DNA of 64,000 bases, taken from the NCBI GenBank assembly GCA_965222415.1, contig CBDCTU010000001.1, forward strand, positions 369,648 through 433,647. Reading direction: 5' to 3'. This document shows, in pieces, positions 19,025 through 27,667 of the stretch. Position 1 is the stretch's first letter, and each line of letters begins with the position of its first letter. Both the position numbers and the translations under genes were made by a program. The notes below the pieces were generated by a model. It was not told the DNA's origin. It worked only from the letters and a program-made list of their open reading frames with translations, and made no database searches. This DNA is from Dehalococcoidia bacterium (GTDB lineage: Bacteria > Chloroflexota > Dehalococcoidia > Lucifugimonadales > UBA2985).

Positions 19025-19114
19025 CAAGGATGACACCCCCGCAACGATTCGATAAGGTATGCGCCAGTCGCCAAGTCACCACACTCTCCACTACAGGCAG
19101 TTTGTTCTAAACTA

Positions 19115-19143
19115 TTGACAAAAACGGACACCTGTTCTATTTT
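19115..19143 (+). promoter_or_regulatory. candidate promoter for small ORF 19171
   Basis: TTGACA-17 nt-TATTTT, followed by a GGAGGG RBS. Confidence 0.4.
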
Positions 19144-19170
19144 ATCTTCAACACATCACTGGAGGGAAGA

Positions 19171-19437
19171 ATGTCTGAGATACACTCGGAAGACAGATAT
19201 CAACTGCGCAAGGCGCAGATGGATGCGGACAGAAGGAGCCTGGAGGCCAGAAAAGCCCAGCAGGAGATGGAGAGACTGGTGCTGGAGCTTGAGCACAAGT
19301 ACGGCCTCATAGCCGACGGCAGGACCATTGATCCCAGGAGCGCCACCATACAGGGGACTCCTCAGACGCGCAGGGGCAACGGCAAGGACTCCCAGGAGGC
19401 GCTGGAGACGGCAGAGGTAGAGGCTGCGGCTGCTTAA
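19171..19437 (+). CDS. small hypothetical coiled-coil-like protein
   Basis: 88 aa with a good RBS and promoter. Charged, heptad-like N-terminal half (RKAQMDADRRSLEARKAQQEMERLVLELE). Confidence 0.5.
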   Translation: MSEIHSEDRYQLRKAQMDADRRSLEARKAQQEMERLVLELEHKYGLIADGRTIDPRSATIQGTPQTRRGNGKDSQEALETAEVEAAAA

Positions 19438-19516
19438 GCGGAAGATACTGCTATACATTTCCCTTGGGAGCGGGTGGGCCCGCCTGCCCGCTCCCGCCTG
19501 GCCATCCTTCCAACAA

Positions 19517-20476
19517 TCAACCCGTTTTCAACTGCTGGCTGTGCCTCCTACGACTCACTGCGCGCTGTACTCTTGACCTAAGAGCCCTGAATGGCCCCCC
19601 GCGAACCGCAAGTCGCGACGCCAGGTATTCAGCCGCCTCTGGTCTACCGACCAGCAGCGGCGCGCCCCATCTCCGCAGGGCCTGCGATGTGCCTTCGCCT
19701 GCGACGCTGGTACGGGGTTCAAACACTTGCAACGGCCGCCACTCCCCTCCTCTCCACTCCATTACCACTCCTCCGGCCTCTCGGGCCAGCACAACCCCGG
19801 CGGCCACGTCCCAGATACGCGAGCCTCCGAACACGGAGTACTCGAACACTCCCCTGGCCACCAGAACCATCTCGCACGCAATGCTGCCCATGGTCCGGGT
19901 CTCGCCGGGGACCCTCCCAGACCCCCTTTTCATGGAGAACACCCAGCCAAAGCCCGCAGGCACTCCGGCCAGAGCGGAGGGTTTAGGGAAGGGGCCATCT
20001 GATACCCTCAGCGGCGCGTCCTCCACGAACGCGCCCCCGCCGGCCCACGCGTGGTACACTCCCTCGCCTGCAAAGGAGTGTGGCAGATAGAGGCTTCCCA
20101 CCACCGGCGCTCCGCGATAGAGCAGGCCTATGGACACTGCGTAGAATGGCACGCCTGCGGCGAAGTTGGCCGTCCCGTCCACCGGATCGATAACCCACAC
20201 GTAGTCCGCGTCCTTCGATCCGGCTGATTTCTCGCTTTCCTCACCCACCACGCCGTGGTCCGGGAACTCCCTTGCAACCTCCCCCCGCAGGAACTCTTCG
20301 ATTCTCAGGTCGGCCTCGGTTACGGGGTCGGTCTTCCACTTCCCCTTGTAATCGACACTCGTTGCGCCGGGCTCGTACTGATGCAGGATTTGGCCCGCGC
20401 CGCGCGCCAGGCGGACGGAGGCGTCGTGCAACTCTTTCAGGACCTGCTCGTCCGGTAGATCAATGCTCATATTCAT
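19517..20476 (-). CDS. inositol monophosphatase family protein (SuhB-like)
   Basis: GEESE..., WVIDPVDGTANF, and a WD.AAG-type motif (WDVAAGVVL). GGAGA RBS before the ATG at 20476. Confidence 0.8.
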   Translation of the reverse strand: MNMSIDLPDEQVLKELHDASVRLARGAGQILHQYEPGATSVDYKGKWKTDPVTEADLRIEEFLRGEVAREFPDHGVVGEESEKSAGSKDADYVWVIDPVDGTANFAAGVPFYAVSIGLLYRGAPVVGSLYLPHSFAGEGVYHAWAGGGAFVEDAPLRVSDGPFPKPSALAGVPAGFGWVFSMKRGSGRVPGETRTMGSIACEMVLVARGVFEYSVFGGSRIWDVAAGVVLAREAGGVVMEWRGGEWRPLQVFEPRTSVAGEGTSQALRRWGAPLLVGRPEAAEYLASRLAVRGGPFRALRSRVQRAVSRRRHSQQLKTG

Positions 20477-20543
20477 GGCGTCTCCAGATGCTGGATGCAA
20501 GTCAGCCTACCCGCAACTCAGCAAGTCGGTCAGGTACGGTTTT

Positions 20544-20572
20544 TTGACACCCCAACAGGGGAATGCTATCAT
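20544..20572 (+). promoter_or_regulatory. candidate extended -10 promoter heading a ~300 nt leader of the CNNM/CorC gene
   Basis: TTGACA-17 nt-TATCAT, with TGc immediately upstream of the -10. Confidence 0.45.
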
Positions 20573-20878
20573 TTGCGACACTGGGGGCGTGCATTGTCCA
20601 CAGCAATCAGATTGTACAATTGTGCTCTTCCATCTCCACCCACATCTTGCCACGAAAGGCAGACAAATACCATATTTGTCTTGCGGCAGACGGGCTACTG
20701 CCCAGGTAGCAGTACACACAAGGGAACGCACCGGCGGAGAGCATACGGCAATTCTCTGAGAGACCGTAATCTGTCCGTTGCCCGTCTCGCTCCCGGCCTT
20801 CTCACAACCCAAGGGCTTTATTGTAATGCACACAGCCACACAATAGCCGTTAGACGCTAGCTGTATAGAGGTACGACT

Positions 20879-22147
20879 ATGGACCAAGTATCAACGATTT
20901 ATCTCATCCTTCTAGTCCCGTCCCTACTGCTATCGGCCTTCTTCTCCAGCTCCGAGGCCGCCCTTCTCTCGCTGCGAAAGGTGAGGATGAGGCGTCTCGT
21001 GGAGAGTGGAGCCTCCGGCGCTGACCGGATTGCCCGGATGGTGGACCAGCCGGGAAAGGTGCTTCCCACCATACTCCTGGGAAACAACCTAGTGAACACC
21101 GCTTTCGCCGCGCTAGCCACAGTAATAACTGTGACTCTCATGGGAGAGGGCCGGGGCGTAATTACGGCCACCATAATCAGCACAGTCGTCCTGCTGGTGC
21201 TGGGAGAGACGCTGCCCAAGACAATCGCCATACGACACTCGGAGCCCATCTTCTTCTTTTACTCCAGGATCCTCAAGTGGGTTGAAGTGCTGCTGTGGCC
21301 TCTGGTGGCCCCGCTTAAGCTGATCAACCGCCTGCTGGCGTCTCGGCTCGGGAGCGACCCGCGTGCCCTGTTCACCGAAGAAGAGATCAAGGCGGCCATC
21401 TCCATTGGCATGGAGGCGGGAGCCGTGGAAGAGGAGGAGGCAGAGATGCTTGAGAAGGTATTCCGCTTCGGCGACCGCCACGTCAGGGAGATAATGACTC
21501 CCCGGACCGAGGTGGTCTGGCTGGAGGCGGGTACCGTACTGAGGGATTTCCTGACCATGTACAGAGACCACTCTCACACCCGGTTCCCGGTATTCGAGGA
21601 GCATATGGAGAACGTGACAGGCGTGCTGTCTGTGAAGGACGTCGTCACGGCGATGGCGCGCGGAGGCCTCTCGGAGAGCAGTCCAGTGACGGCTCTACTC
21701 CGGCCCGTGGATTTCGCCCCGGACACCAAGGCGGTCGGACCTCTCTTCCGGGAGATGCAGAAAGTGGGAAGCCAGCTTACCATGATCGTCGATGAGTTCG
21801 GGGGCATTGCCGGCCTGGTGACCCTGACGCAGCTCATGGAGGAGGTGGTCGGTCCCGTTGGTGAAGAGGGAATGGAACCGGAGATGGAGTACGAGACCAT
21901 CGACGAAAACACCTATCACATCGACGGCGGGATGCAGATAGACGAGGCCAACGAGGAGCTGGACCTGGGCCTCCCAACGGGCGACTACGAGACTGTGGCC
22001 GGGTTTATCCTGGAGGCGCTGGGCCACATCCCCGCCGAGGGGGAGCACCTGCACCACAACAGCCTCCGACTGCTTGTGACTCACGTGAGAGGGATGCGGG
22101 TAGAGAAGGTGATGGTCACCAAAGGAAACCCAGACCAGGGACATTGA
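20879..22147 (+). CDS. CNNM/CorC-type transporter (DUF21-CBS pair-CorC_HlyC)
   Basis: N-terminal 4-TM DUF21, a CBS region (VREIMTPR...), and a C-terminal CorC-like domain (GFILEALGHIPAEGE). Confidence 0.8.
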   Translation: MDQVSTIYLILLVPSLLLSAFFSSSEAALLSLRKVRMRRLVESGASGADRIARMVDQPGKVLPTILLGNNLVNTAFAALATVITVTLMGEGRGVITATIISTVVLLVLGETLPKTIAIRHSEPIFFFYSRILKWVEVLLWPLVAPLKLINRLLASRLGSDPRALFTEEEIKAAISIGMEAGAVEEEEAEMLEKVFRFGDRHVREIMTPRTEVVWLEAGTVLRDFLTMYRDHSHTRFPVFEEHMENVTGVLSVKDVVTAMARGGLSESSPVTALLRPVDFAPDTKAVGPLFREMQKVGSQLTMIVDEFGGIAGLVTLTQLMEEVVGPVGEEGMEPEMEYETIDENTYHIDGGMQIDEANEELDLGLPTGDYETVAGFILEALGHIPAEGEHLHHNSLRLLVTHVRGMRVEKVMVTKGNPDQGH

Positions 22148-22235
22148 CGCCCCGGGAATCCAGCAAATACAGCCCATAACAGAGTATCTTGCACAATTAG
22201 GTGTCTTCCCAAAAGAGATCCGCGCTAACGTCTAT

Positions 22236-22319
22236 TTCAGCGGAAGGAGACCTTCGCATAACTGCGTTATCGTCACTCCCGCGCAGGGAGACCTTTGAAT
22301 AACTCCGGTGTATCTCCTA
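22236..22319. repeat. left half of a composite REP-like repeat interrupted by the MITE/IS630 array
   Basis: ...ggagacctttgaataactccggtgtatctccTA matches 58938-58985, where the sequence continues uninterrupted into the segment found here at 24046 onward. Confidence 0.65.
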
Positions 22320-22456
22320 GTGTGGTGTAACCAAAGTACATTGGCAAATAAAGGGGTGATCGATGCTGATCCACTACCCTGGTTTGAGCAAGAATCCGAT
22401 TCTCTGTCCTTTCAGAAAGCCCTCGAATAATGCGAGGAACTACGGATACAGGACAC
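22320..22456 (+). mobile_element. 137 bp MITE derived from the adjacent IS630-family element (copy 1)
   Basis: Its termini gtgtggtgtaaccaaagt ... ggatacaggacac equal the IS ends, while the interior is unrelated. Flanked by TA. Confidence 0.75.
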
Positions 22457-22458
22457 TA

Positions 22459-22600
22459 GCAGCCTGTCCGAGTAACCCCTGAGGCCAACGACTTGCATAG
22501 TTAACGTGGTGATGATATACGAATAACGTTCTGCGCTACCTTACCAATAGTCTAGTTACGTGTACGTTATGACATATATCGTCTTACTCGGACAGGCTGC
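22459..22600. mobile_element. 142 bp AT-rich MITE-like element of a second type, nested at the TA junction between MITE copies
   Basis: Perfect 17 bp terminal inverted repeats gcagcctgtccgagtaa / ttactcggacaggctgc, flanked by TA on both sides. Confidence 0.55.
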
Positions 22601-22602
22601 TA

Positions 22603-22739
22603 GTGTGGTGTAACCAAAGTACATTGGCAAATAAAGGGGTGATCGATGCTGATCCACTACCCTGGTTTGAGCAAGAATCCGATTCTCTGTCCTTTCAGAA
22701 AGCCCTCGAATAATGCGAGGAACTACGGATACAGGACAC
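22603..22739 (+). mobile_element. 137 bp IS630-derived MITE (copy 2)
   Basis: Identical by eye to copy 1. Shares a single TA with copy 3. Confidence 0.75.
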
Positions 22740-22741
22740 TA

Positions 22742-22878
22742 GTGTGGTGTAACCAAAGTACATTGGCAAATAAAGGGGTGATCGATGCTGATCCACTACC
22801 CTGGTTTGAGCAAGAATCCGATTCTCTGTCCTTTCAGAAAGCCCTCGAATAATGCGAGGAACTACGGATACAGGACAC
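22742..22878 (+). mobile_element. 137 bp IS630-derived MITE (copy 3)
   Basis: Identical by eye to copies 1 and 2. Shares a single TA with the full IS. Confidence 0.75.
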
Positions 22879-22880
22879 TA

Positions 22881-24045
22881 GTGTGGTGTAACCAAAGTTA
22901 GTCGCATGTTTGCTGGCTATGGTGTATCCTCCTGATTACCTGGCAAAAGGAGGATGAATATGGGCAGAGGCAGACCAATGGCGCCTTTGGCCCTGGACGG
23001 CGCCGAACGGGAAACCTTGGAACAATGGACCCGCCGGCCCAAAACGGCCCAGGCGTTGGCCCTGCGGTCCAGAATTGTTCTGGCCTGTGCCGATGGCCGG
23101 AGCAACACTGCGGTGGCCGCCGAGTTGCGGGTATGCATTGACACGGTGGGCAAATGGCGGTCCCGGTTCTTGGAGCAACGGCTGGACGGCCTTTTGGACC
23201 AACCGCGCAGCGGTCGCCCCAGGATGATTGACGATGCCGACGTTGAGCGGGTGATTGCGTTGACCTTGGAGACCACCCCCAAGGACGCCACCCACTGGAG
23301 CACCCGGGCCATGGCCCGGCGTTCCGGTCTGAGCCACAACACGGTGAGTCGCATCTGGCGTGCCTTCGCGCTGCAACCTCACCGCACCGAGACCTTCAAG
23401 CTGTCGGCGGATCCCCTCTTCATTGAGAAGGTGCGGGATATTGTGGGGCTCTACCTCAACCCGCCGGACCGGGCGCTGGTCTTGTGCGTAGACGAGAAGT
23501 CCCAGATCCAAGCCCTGGACCGCACCAGACCGCTTTTGCCCCTGCGCCCGGGCCAGGCCGAACGGCGCACCCATGATTACGTGCGCCACGGTACCACGTC
23601 CCTGTTCGCCGCTTTGGACGCCAGGACCGGCCAGGTGATTGGCCAGTGCCACCGCCGCCACCGGGCCTTGGAGTTCCGCAAGTTTCTCGATGCCATCGAG
23701 TCCGCGGTGCCCGCCGAGTTGGACGTTCACCTGATTGCCGACAACTACGCCACCCACAAGACGGCGCTGATCCGGAACTGGTTCGCCAAGCGGCCCCGCT
23801 TCCATATTCATTTCACGCCCACCAGCGCCTCCTGGCTGAACCTAGTGGAGCGCTGGTTCGGTCTGCTCACCGAAAAGCAGTTGCGCCGGGGAGTGCATCA
23901 GAGCAGCGCCGAACTGGAGGCTGCCATCTACCGCTACCTGGACGTCACCAACGAAGACCCCAAGCCCTTGGTATGGACCAAGACCGCTGACCAAATCCTA
24001 GCAAGTGTGGCCCGCTTTTGCCAGCGTACTTTGGATACAGGACAC
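22881..24045 (+). mobile_element. IS630-family insertion sequence (1165 bp) with TA flanks
   Basis: The left inverted repeat (IR) gtgtggtgtaaccaaagt and the complement of the right IR gtgtcctgtatccaaagt match at 15/18 positions. TA on both sides. Single DDE transposase ORF. Confidence 0.85.
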
Positions 24046-24048
24046 TAG
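22954..24048 (+). CDS. IS630-family DDE transposase
   Basis: 364 aa with N-terminal HTH segments, [25 protein letters not shown] and WLNLVERWF, all typical IS630/Tc1-like motifs. Confidence 0.85.
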   Translation: MNMGRGRPMAPLALDGAERETLEQWTRRPKTAQALALRSRIVLACADGRSNTAVAAELRVCIDTVGKWRSRFLEQRLDGLLDQPRSGRPRMIDDADVERVIALTLETTPKDATHWSTRAMARRSGLSHNTVSRIWRAFALQPHRTETFKLSADPLFIEKVRDIVGLYLNPPDRALVLCVDEKSQIQALDRTRPLLPLRPGQAERRTHDYVRHGTTSLFAALDARTGQVIGQCHRRHRALEFRKFLDAIESAVPAELDVHLIADNYATHKTALIRNWFAKRPRFHIHFTPTSASWLNLVERWFGLLTEKQLRRGVHQSSAELEAAIYRYLDVTNEDPKPLVWTKTADQILASVARFCQRTLDTGH

Positions 24049-24430
24049 AAGAGGCTGTCTTCTTCGTCATTCCCGTGAAGCTTGCCCCGTACTCCGATAC
24101 GGGGACGGGAATCTAAAGCCCTTCTTCCAAGGCATCGCAGCCTTGCAGACAGCGTTCTTAGATTCCTGCTTGCGCAGGAATGACGGTGAGGGCAATTCTT
24201 GCGGGGTAACGCTATGGGTTATTCAAAGGTCTGCGCAGGCGTGAGTACACACGCCACCCTACCTGGATTCCCGCTCGGAGCCTGCCCCGTACCCCGATAC
24301 GGGGGCGGGAATGACGGGAACACGGTCCCCCAGACCAAGGTTACGCAAAGGCCTCCGGAAGCATGTCCCGTACTACGATACGGGGCAGGGGTCCAGGGCG
24401 TTTCATCCAGAGCAGATGTGAGAGGGCTGG
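24048..24430. repeat. REP-like hairpin cluster (right half of the interrupted composite repeat plus extra modules)
   Basis: Modules include cattcccg...gccccgtac-n-cgatacgggg...cgggaat (three copies) and attcctgc-ttgc-gcaggaat. Positions 24048-24240 parallel 58987-59194. Confidence 0.7.
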
Positions 24431-24436
24431 AGCAGC

Positions 24437-25897
24437 ATGAAGAGCAATCTCGATAGCGGCGCAACCCTGGAGCGCAAGCTCATTAAGGGCGTGGAGCGTC
24501 TTCTGAGGGGTTTGGTCCCGGGCCTGACCCTCTCTCCGGTGGTAGTCGCCGTCTCAGGCGGTCCCGACTCTCTCGCCCTGCTGCTGCTGCTCGCACGCCT
24601 GAAGGAGACCCTGGGACTGACCTTGCACGTGGCCCACCTGGACCACGGACTGCGGGGCAAAGAGTCCGTAAGCGATGCGCTGTTCGTGGATGAGGTTGCC
24701 CGCGATCTCGACCTGCCCGCGACTCTGGGCGAAGAGGACGTTAAGTCGTACATGGCCGGCCGCGGCATGTCGCTAGAGGAGGCGGCCCGGGAGGTGCGAT
24801 ACTCGTTCCTCTCCAGGGTAGCCGCCAGACAGGGAGCCTCGGCAGTCGCCCTGGGTCACACGGCTGACGACCAGGCGGAGACAGTGCTTATGCACATCCT
24901 GCGGGGAAGTGGTATAACCGGCCTTGCGGGAATGTCCGAGCTTTCATACTGGCCTTCGTCCCGGCACAAAGAGCGCATAGCCCTGGTGCGCCCTCTCCTG
25001 GATGTGCCGCGAGAGGAGACAGCAGCATACTGTCGGTGGAAGGGCGTCGCGCCCAGAGAAGACCTGACCAATCGCTCGCTTGAGTTCACCCGGAACAGGA
25101 CGCGCCTTGAGCTTCTGCCGTTCCTGAGAGATTACAACCCCCGCATCCGGGATGCGCTGCTGCGCCTCAGCGCCTCAGCCGCGCATGACCAGGACTACAT
25201 CCTGGGAGAGGCCGTGCAAGCAATGGGCAAACTGGCGACAGCCGACGGAAAGGGCGTTCGTATAGAGCGCAAGGGATTTGCCTCCCTGCACCCCGCCATC
25301 AAACGTCACATGCTCAGGCTTGTCTACGAGGAGATCACCGGCTTGGCAAGCGGGCTGCAACACCGGCACATCGAGGATATGGTGAAGCTGTCCGACCAAG
25401 GAGCCGGCAGGAGCGTAGACCTGCCAAGCGGTCTGGTATTCACCGTGGACTACGATTACCTAATTCTGAGGGTGAACAACAGCGGCGCGTTCGGCCCACC
25501 CGCCCTACACGCCGAGTATCCTCTGTCGATACCCGGAGAGACGCTCATCCCCGGATGGACCATCGCCGCCAGACTGTTGCCATACGGCGAGGGCCATTTG
25601 GATGCGGGCGCCTACACGGCACGGATGGACGCGGAGCGCGTGGGCCGCGGGCTCCACGTGCGCGTAAGAAGACCTGGGGACAGGTTTATCCCGCTGGGCA
25701 TGGACGGGTCGAAGAAGCTGCAGGACTTCATGGTGGACGCCAGGATACCCGCAGACGCCCGGGACAGCGTGCCTCTGGTAGTATCGGAGGAAGGGATTGT
25801 GTGGGTTGTTGGGCGCCGCATTGCCCACTGGGCCAGGGTAAGAGAAAATACCACCAGGATACTGGCGCTAGACTTCTCTCCAGCCGACGCTACATAA
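24437..25897 (+). CDS. tilS: tRNA(Ile)-lysidine synthase
   Basis: PP-loop VAVSGGPDSLALL, HLDHGLRG, and a TilS substrate-binding C-terminus. Confidence 0.85.
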   Translation: MKSNLDSGATLERKLIKGVERLLRGLVPGLTLSPVVVAVSGGPDSLALLLLLARLKETLGLTLHVAHLDHGLRGKESVSDALFVDEVARDLDLPATLGEEDVKSYMAGRGMSLEEAAREVRYSFLSRVAARQGASAVALGHTADDQAETVLMHILRGSGITGLAGMSELSYWPSSRHKERIALVRPLLDVPREETAAYCRWKGVAPREDLTNRSLEFTRNRTRLELLPFLRDYNPRIRDALLRLSASAAHDQDYILGEAVQAMGKLATADGKGVRIERKGFASLHPAIKRHMLRLVYEEITGLASGLQHRHIEDMVKLSDQGAGRSVDLPSGLVFTVDYDYLILRVNNSGAFGPPALHAEYPLSIPGETLIPGWTIAARLLPYGEGHLDAGAYTARMDAERVGRGLHVRVRRPGDRFIPLGMDGSKKLQDFMVDARIPADARDSVPLVVSEEGIVWVVGRRIAHWARVRENTTRILALDFSPADAT

Positions 25898-26888
25898 GCT
25901 CAACAAGCCGGGAGCTGGGCGTCAGGCCCGGGATCCGGCCGCGCTTCGCTACGGGCTTGCCGTCCACCTCATGGATGTCGGCGTTGAACTCACATGGCGG
26001 AGCGCTGCTGATATGGCTCCCCACCTCAAAGGCGTTCACCGGCGCTCTGGCCTCCACAAACTCCTTTATTCGCTTCCCGTTCAGGTCCCCGGTTATGAAT
26101 ATCTCGACGTGGGAGTGGCCTGCCAGATCCAGCCTGGCGCGGACCTCCTTCACAGTGTGGGGATACACCTCGTAGTTGGTCTGGGACGCATCGAGAATTA
26201 CGCCGCGGATGCGATGTCGGAGGCTTCTTGCCAGGCCAATGGACTCCTCAGTCTCGTCCTTCACTATGTTCACGGGGAACACGCGAGAAACCTCAGGTGG
26301 CATGTGCTTGTCAAAGGCCTGCATAGCCTTCAGGGTGTCTCCCATAATCAGAGCTACGTCCGGAGATATGGTGCCCGTGGGAGTCGCGCCGGCCAGCCTG
26401 GCGCCCACGGCGGTCGAGCATGACACGCATCCGCCTATCAAGGCCGAGTAGTCCATGATGCCTGCGACACTGGGATGGACATGCCGCGCTCCTACCGATA
26501 TAACCGGTATTCCGCCTGCCGCTGTTACGCACTCCCTGCTGGCAGTTGCCCATCCGGTGCAGTGAGAGAGGATACCGCTTATTGCGGTCTCGTACAGGCC
26601 GAATGATCCGTAGGGCGCCGTGATTCGCAGGGCGACTTCACCAGCGGCGACCTGGGCTCCCTCCTCCAGGGCCAACGCCTCTCGGTTGCCCTCCGGGAGG
26701 ACCTTCTGGAGCAGCGCCTTCACCTCTCGGATTCCGCAGAGCACACCGCTCCTTGTGGGCGAGAACTCTAGGGAGACCATTGGGTTGATTCCCTCGTTGC
26801 GCAGAACGGTTATTCCACGGTGAAGGCCCACGTCGGCGGTCTCCCCCACTTGGACTGAAGGTCTTACCTCAAAATCTTGATCAGGCAT
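25890..26888 (-). CDS. nicotinate phosphoribosyltransferase-like enzyme (QPRT/NAPRT superfamily)
   Basis: 332 aa of the archaeal-type NAPRTase-like pattern, next to a nicotinamidase gene. Confidence 0.6.
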   Translation of the reverse strand: MPDQDFEVRPSVQVGETADVGLHRGITVLRNEGINPMVSLEFSPTRSGVLCGIREVKALLQKVLPEGNREALALEEGAQVAAGEVALRITAPYGSFGLYETAISGILSHCTGWATASRECVTAAGGIPVISVGARHVHPSVAGIMDYSALIGGCVSCSTAVGARLAGATPTGTISPDVALIMGDTLKAMQAFDKHMPPEVSRVFPVNIVKDETEESIGLARSLRHRIRGVILDASQTNYEVYPHTVKEVRARLDLAGHSHVEIFITGDLNGKRIKEFVEARAPVNAFEVGSHISSAPPCEFNADIHEVDGKPVAKRGRIPGLTPSSRLVELM

Positions 26889-27024
26889 TATGGTCCCTCA
26901 GAACCTCACTTTTTAGATAGGCGTTACAGGACGACAATTCACGATAATACGAACCAAGATGAAAAAGCGATTGCGACGGGAGAGAGGGTACAGTAACAGG
27001 AAACTTCAGTTGCCTGAGCATCTG

Positions 27025-27564
27025 CTAACCGGGCGCAGCCGCCTGGACGGTTACCAGCTTGGCCCCCAGGATTCTTTCTATATGTTGTAGCGCCCACTTA
27101 TGGGCCTCTTCATCGAAGCTCGCCACTGCATCGGATGCGACCTCAACGGCGTAATCCCTGTTTCGGGCGTCGGCGGTGGTGTGCATCACACAGATGTCGG
27201 TGCAGACACCGCACACAACTATCCTGTCGGGACCCAACTCCTTCAGACGCTGCTCCAGATCGGTGTTGAAGAAGGCGCTGTAGCGCTGCTTCTCTATTCG
27301 CTCTCCGGGATACGGAGCCAACTCAGGTATAACCTCCGATTCCGCAGTCCCTTTCACGCAGTGCACGGGGAACATCTGGAATTCCAGGTCGTCAGGCGCG
27401 TGGGTGTCGCATATGTAGAATACCCTGGAGCCGCGGGCAGTCTCCTTCTCCAGGAGGGTCTGCACACTGGGAATGATCCCTCTGGCGTCGTCGCCGCAGT
27501 AGAGGTTGTTGCCCTCTTCAAGGAACCCCCTCAGCATATCCACCACCAGCACTACGTCTGTCAT
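27025..27564 (-). CDS. pncA: isochorismatase-family hydrolase, nicotinamidase-like
   Basis: VVDMLRGF, ICDTH and VCGVCTDICV (catalytic Cys) motifs. Confidence 0.75.
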   Translation of the reverse strand: MTDVVLVVDMLRGFLEEGNNLYCGDDARGIIPSVQTLLEKETARGSRVFYICDTHAPDDLEFQMFPVHCVKGTAESEVIPELAPYPGERIEKQRYSAFFNTDLEQRLKELGPDRIVVCGVCTDICVMHTTADARNRDYAVEVASDAVASFDEEAHKWALQHIERILGAKLVTVQAAAPG

Positions 27565-27667
27565 GCCGTCGCCCCTATCTCTAGAATCTCAGCCGGAAGA
27601 TTGCGGCTATATATTACCCAAGGAGATGTGGAACTTCAAGGAGAGTTTGGCGGGTTTTGGAGGACTT

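Noticed and set aside
20580-20878. Possible tmRNA, RNase P RNA, M-box or yybP-ykoY riboswitch
   Set aside because: None of the hallmark motifs I can recall are present: the tRNA-like 3' end ...TCCACCA with a T-arm, GAGGAAAGTCC, the M-box GGTGAGG...AATGGGTCAAC, or GGGGAGTAG. The region is kept only as an unclassified candidate.
20463-20887. Three overlapping 98-126 aa ORFs in the suhB-corC intergenic region
   Set aside because: Mutually overlapping in different frames and strands, Cys/His/Arg-rich odd composition, no RBS. The region is better explained as promoter plus non-coding leader.
22646-22852. 68 aa ORF MLIHYPGLSKNPIL... spanning two MITE copies
   Set aside because: It exists only because identical MITEs are concatenated. 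There is no RBS and the same frame is closed within a single copy.
22318-22880. Regularly repeated units that could be mistaken for a CRISPR array or TIGR-like tandem array
   Set aside because: The units are 137 bp, abut each other directly with no unique spacers, and carry the terminal inverted repeats of the adjacent IS630 element. They are MITEs.
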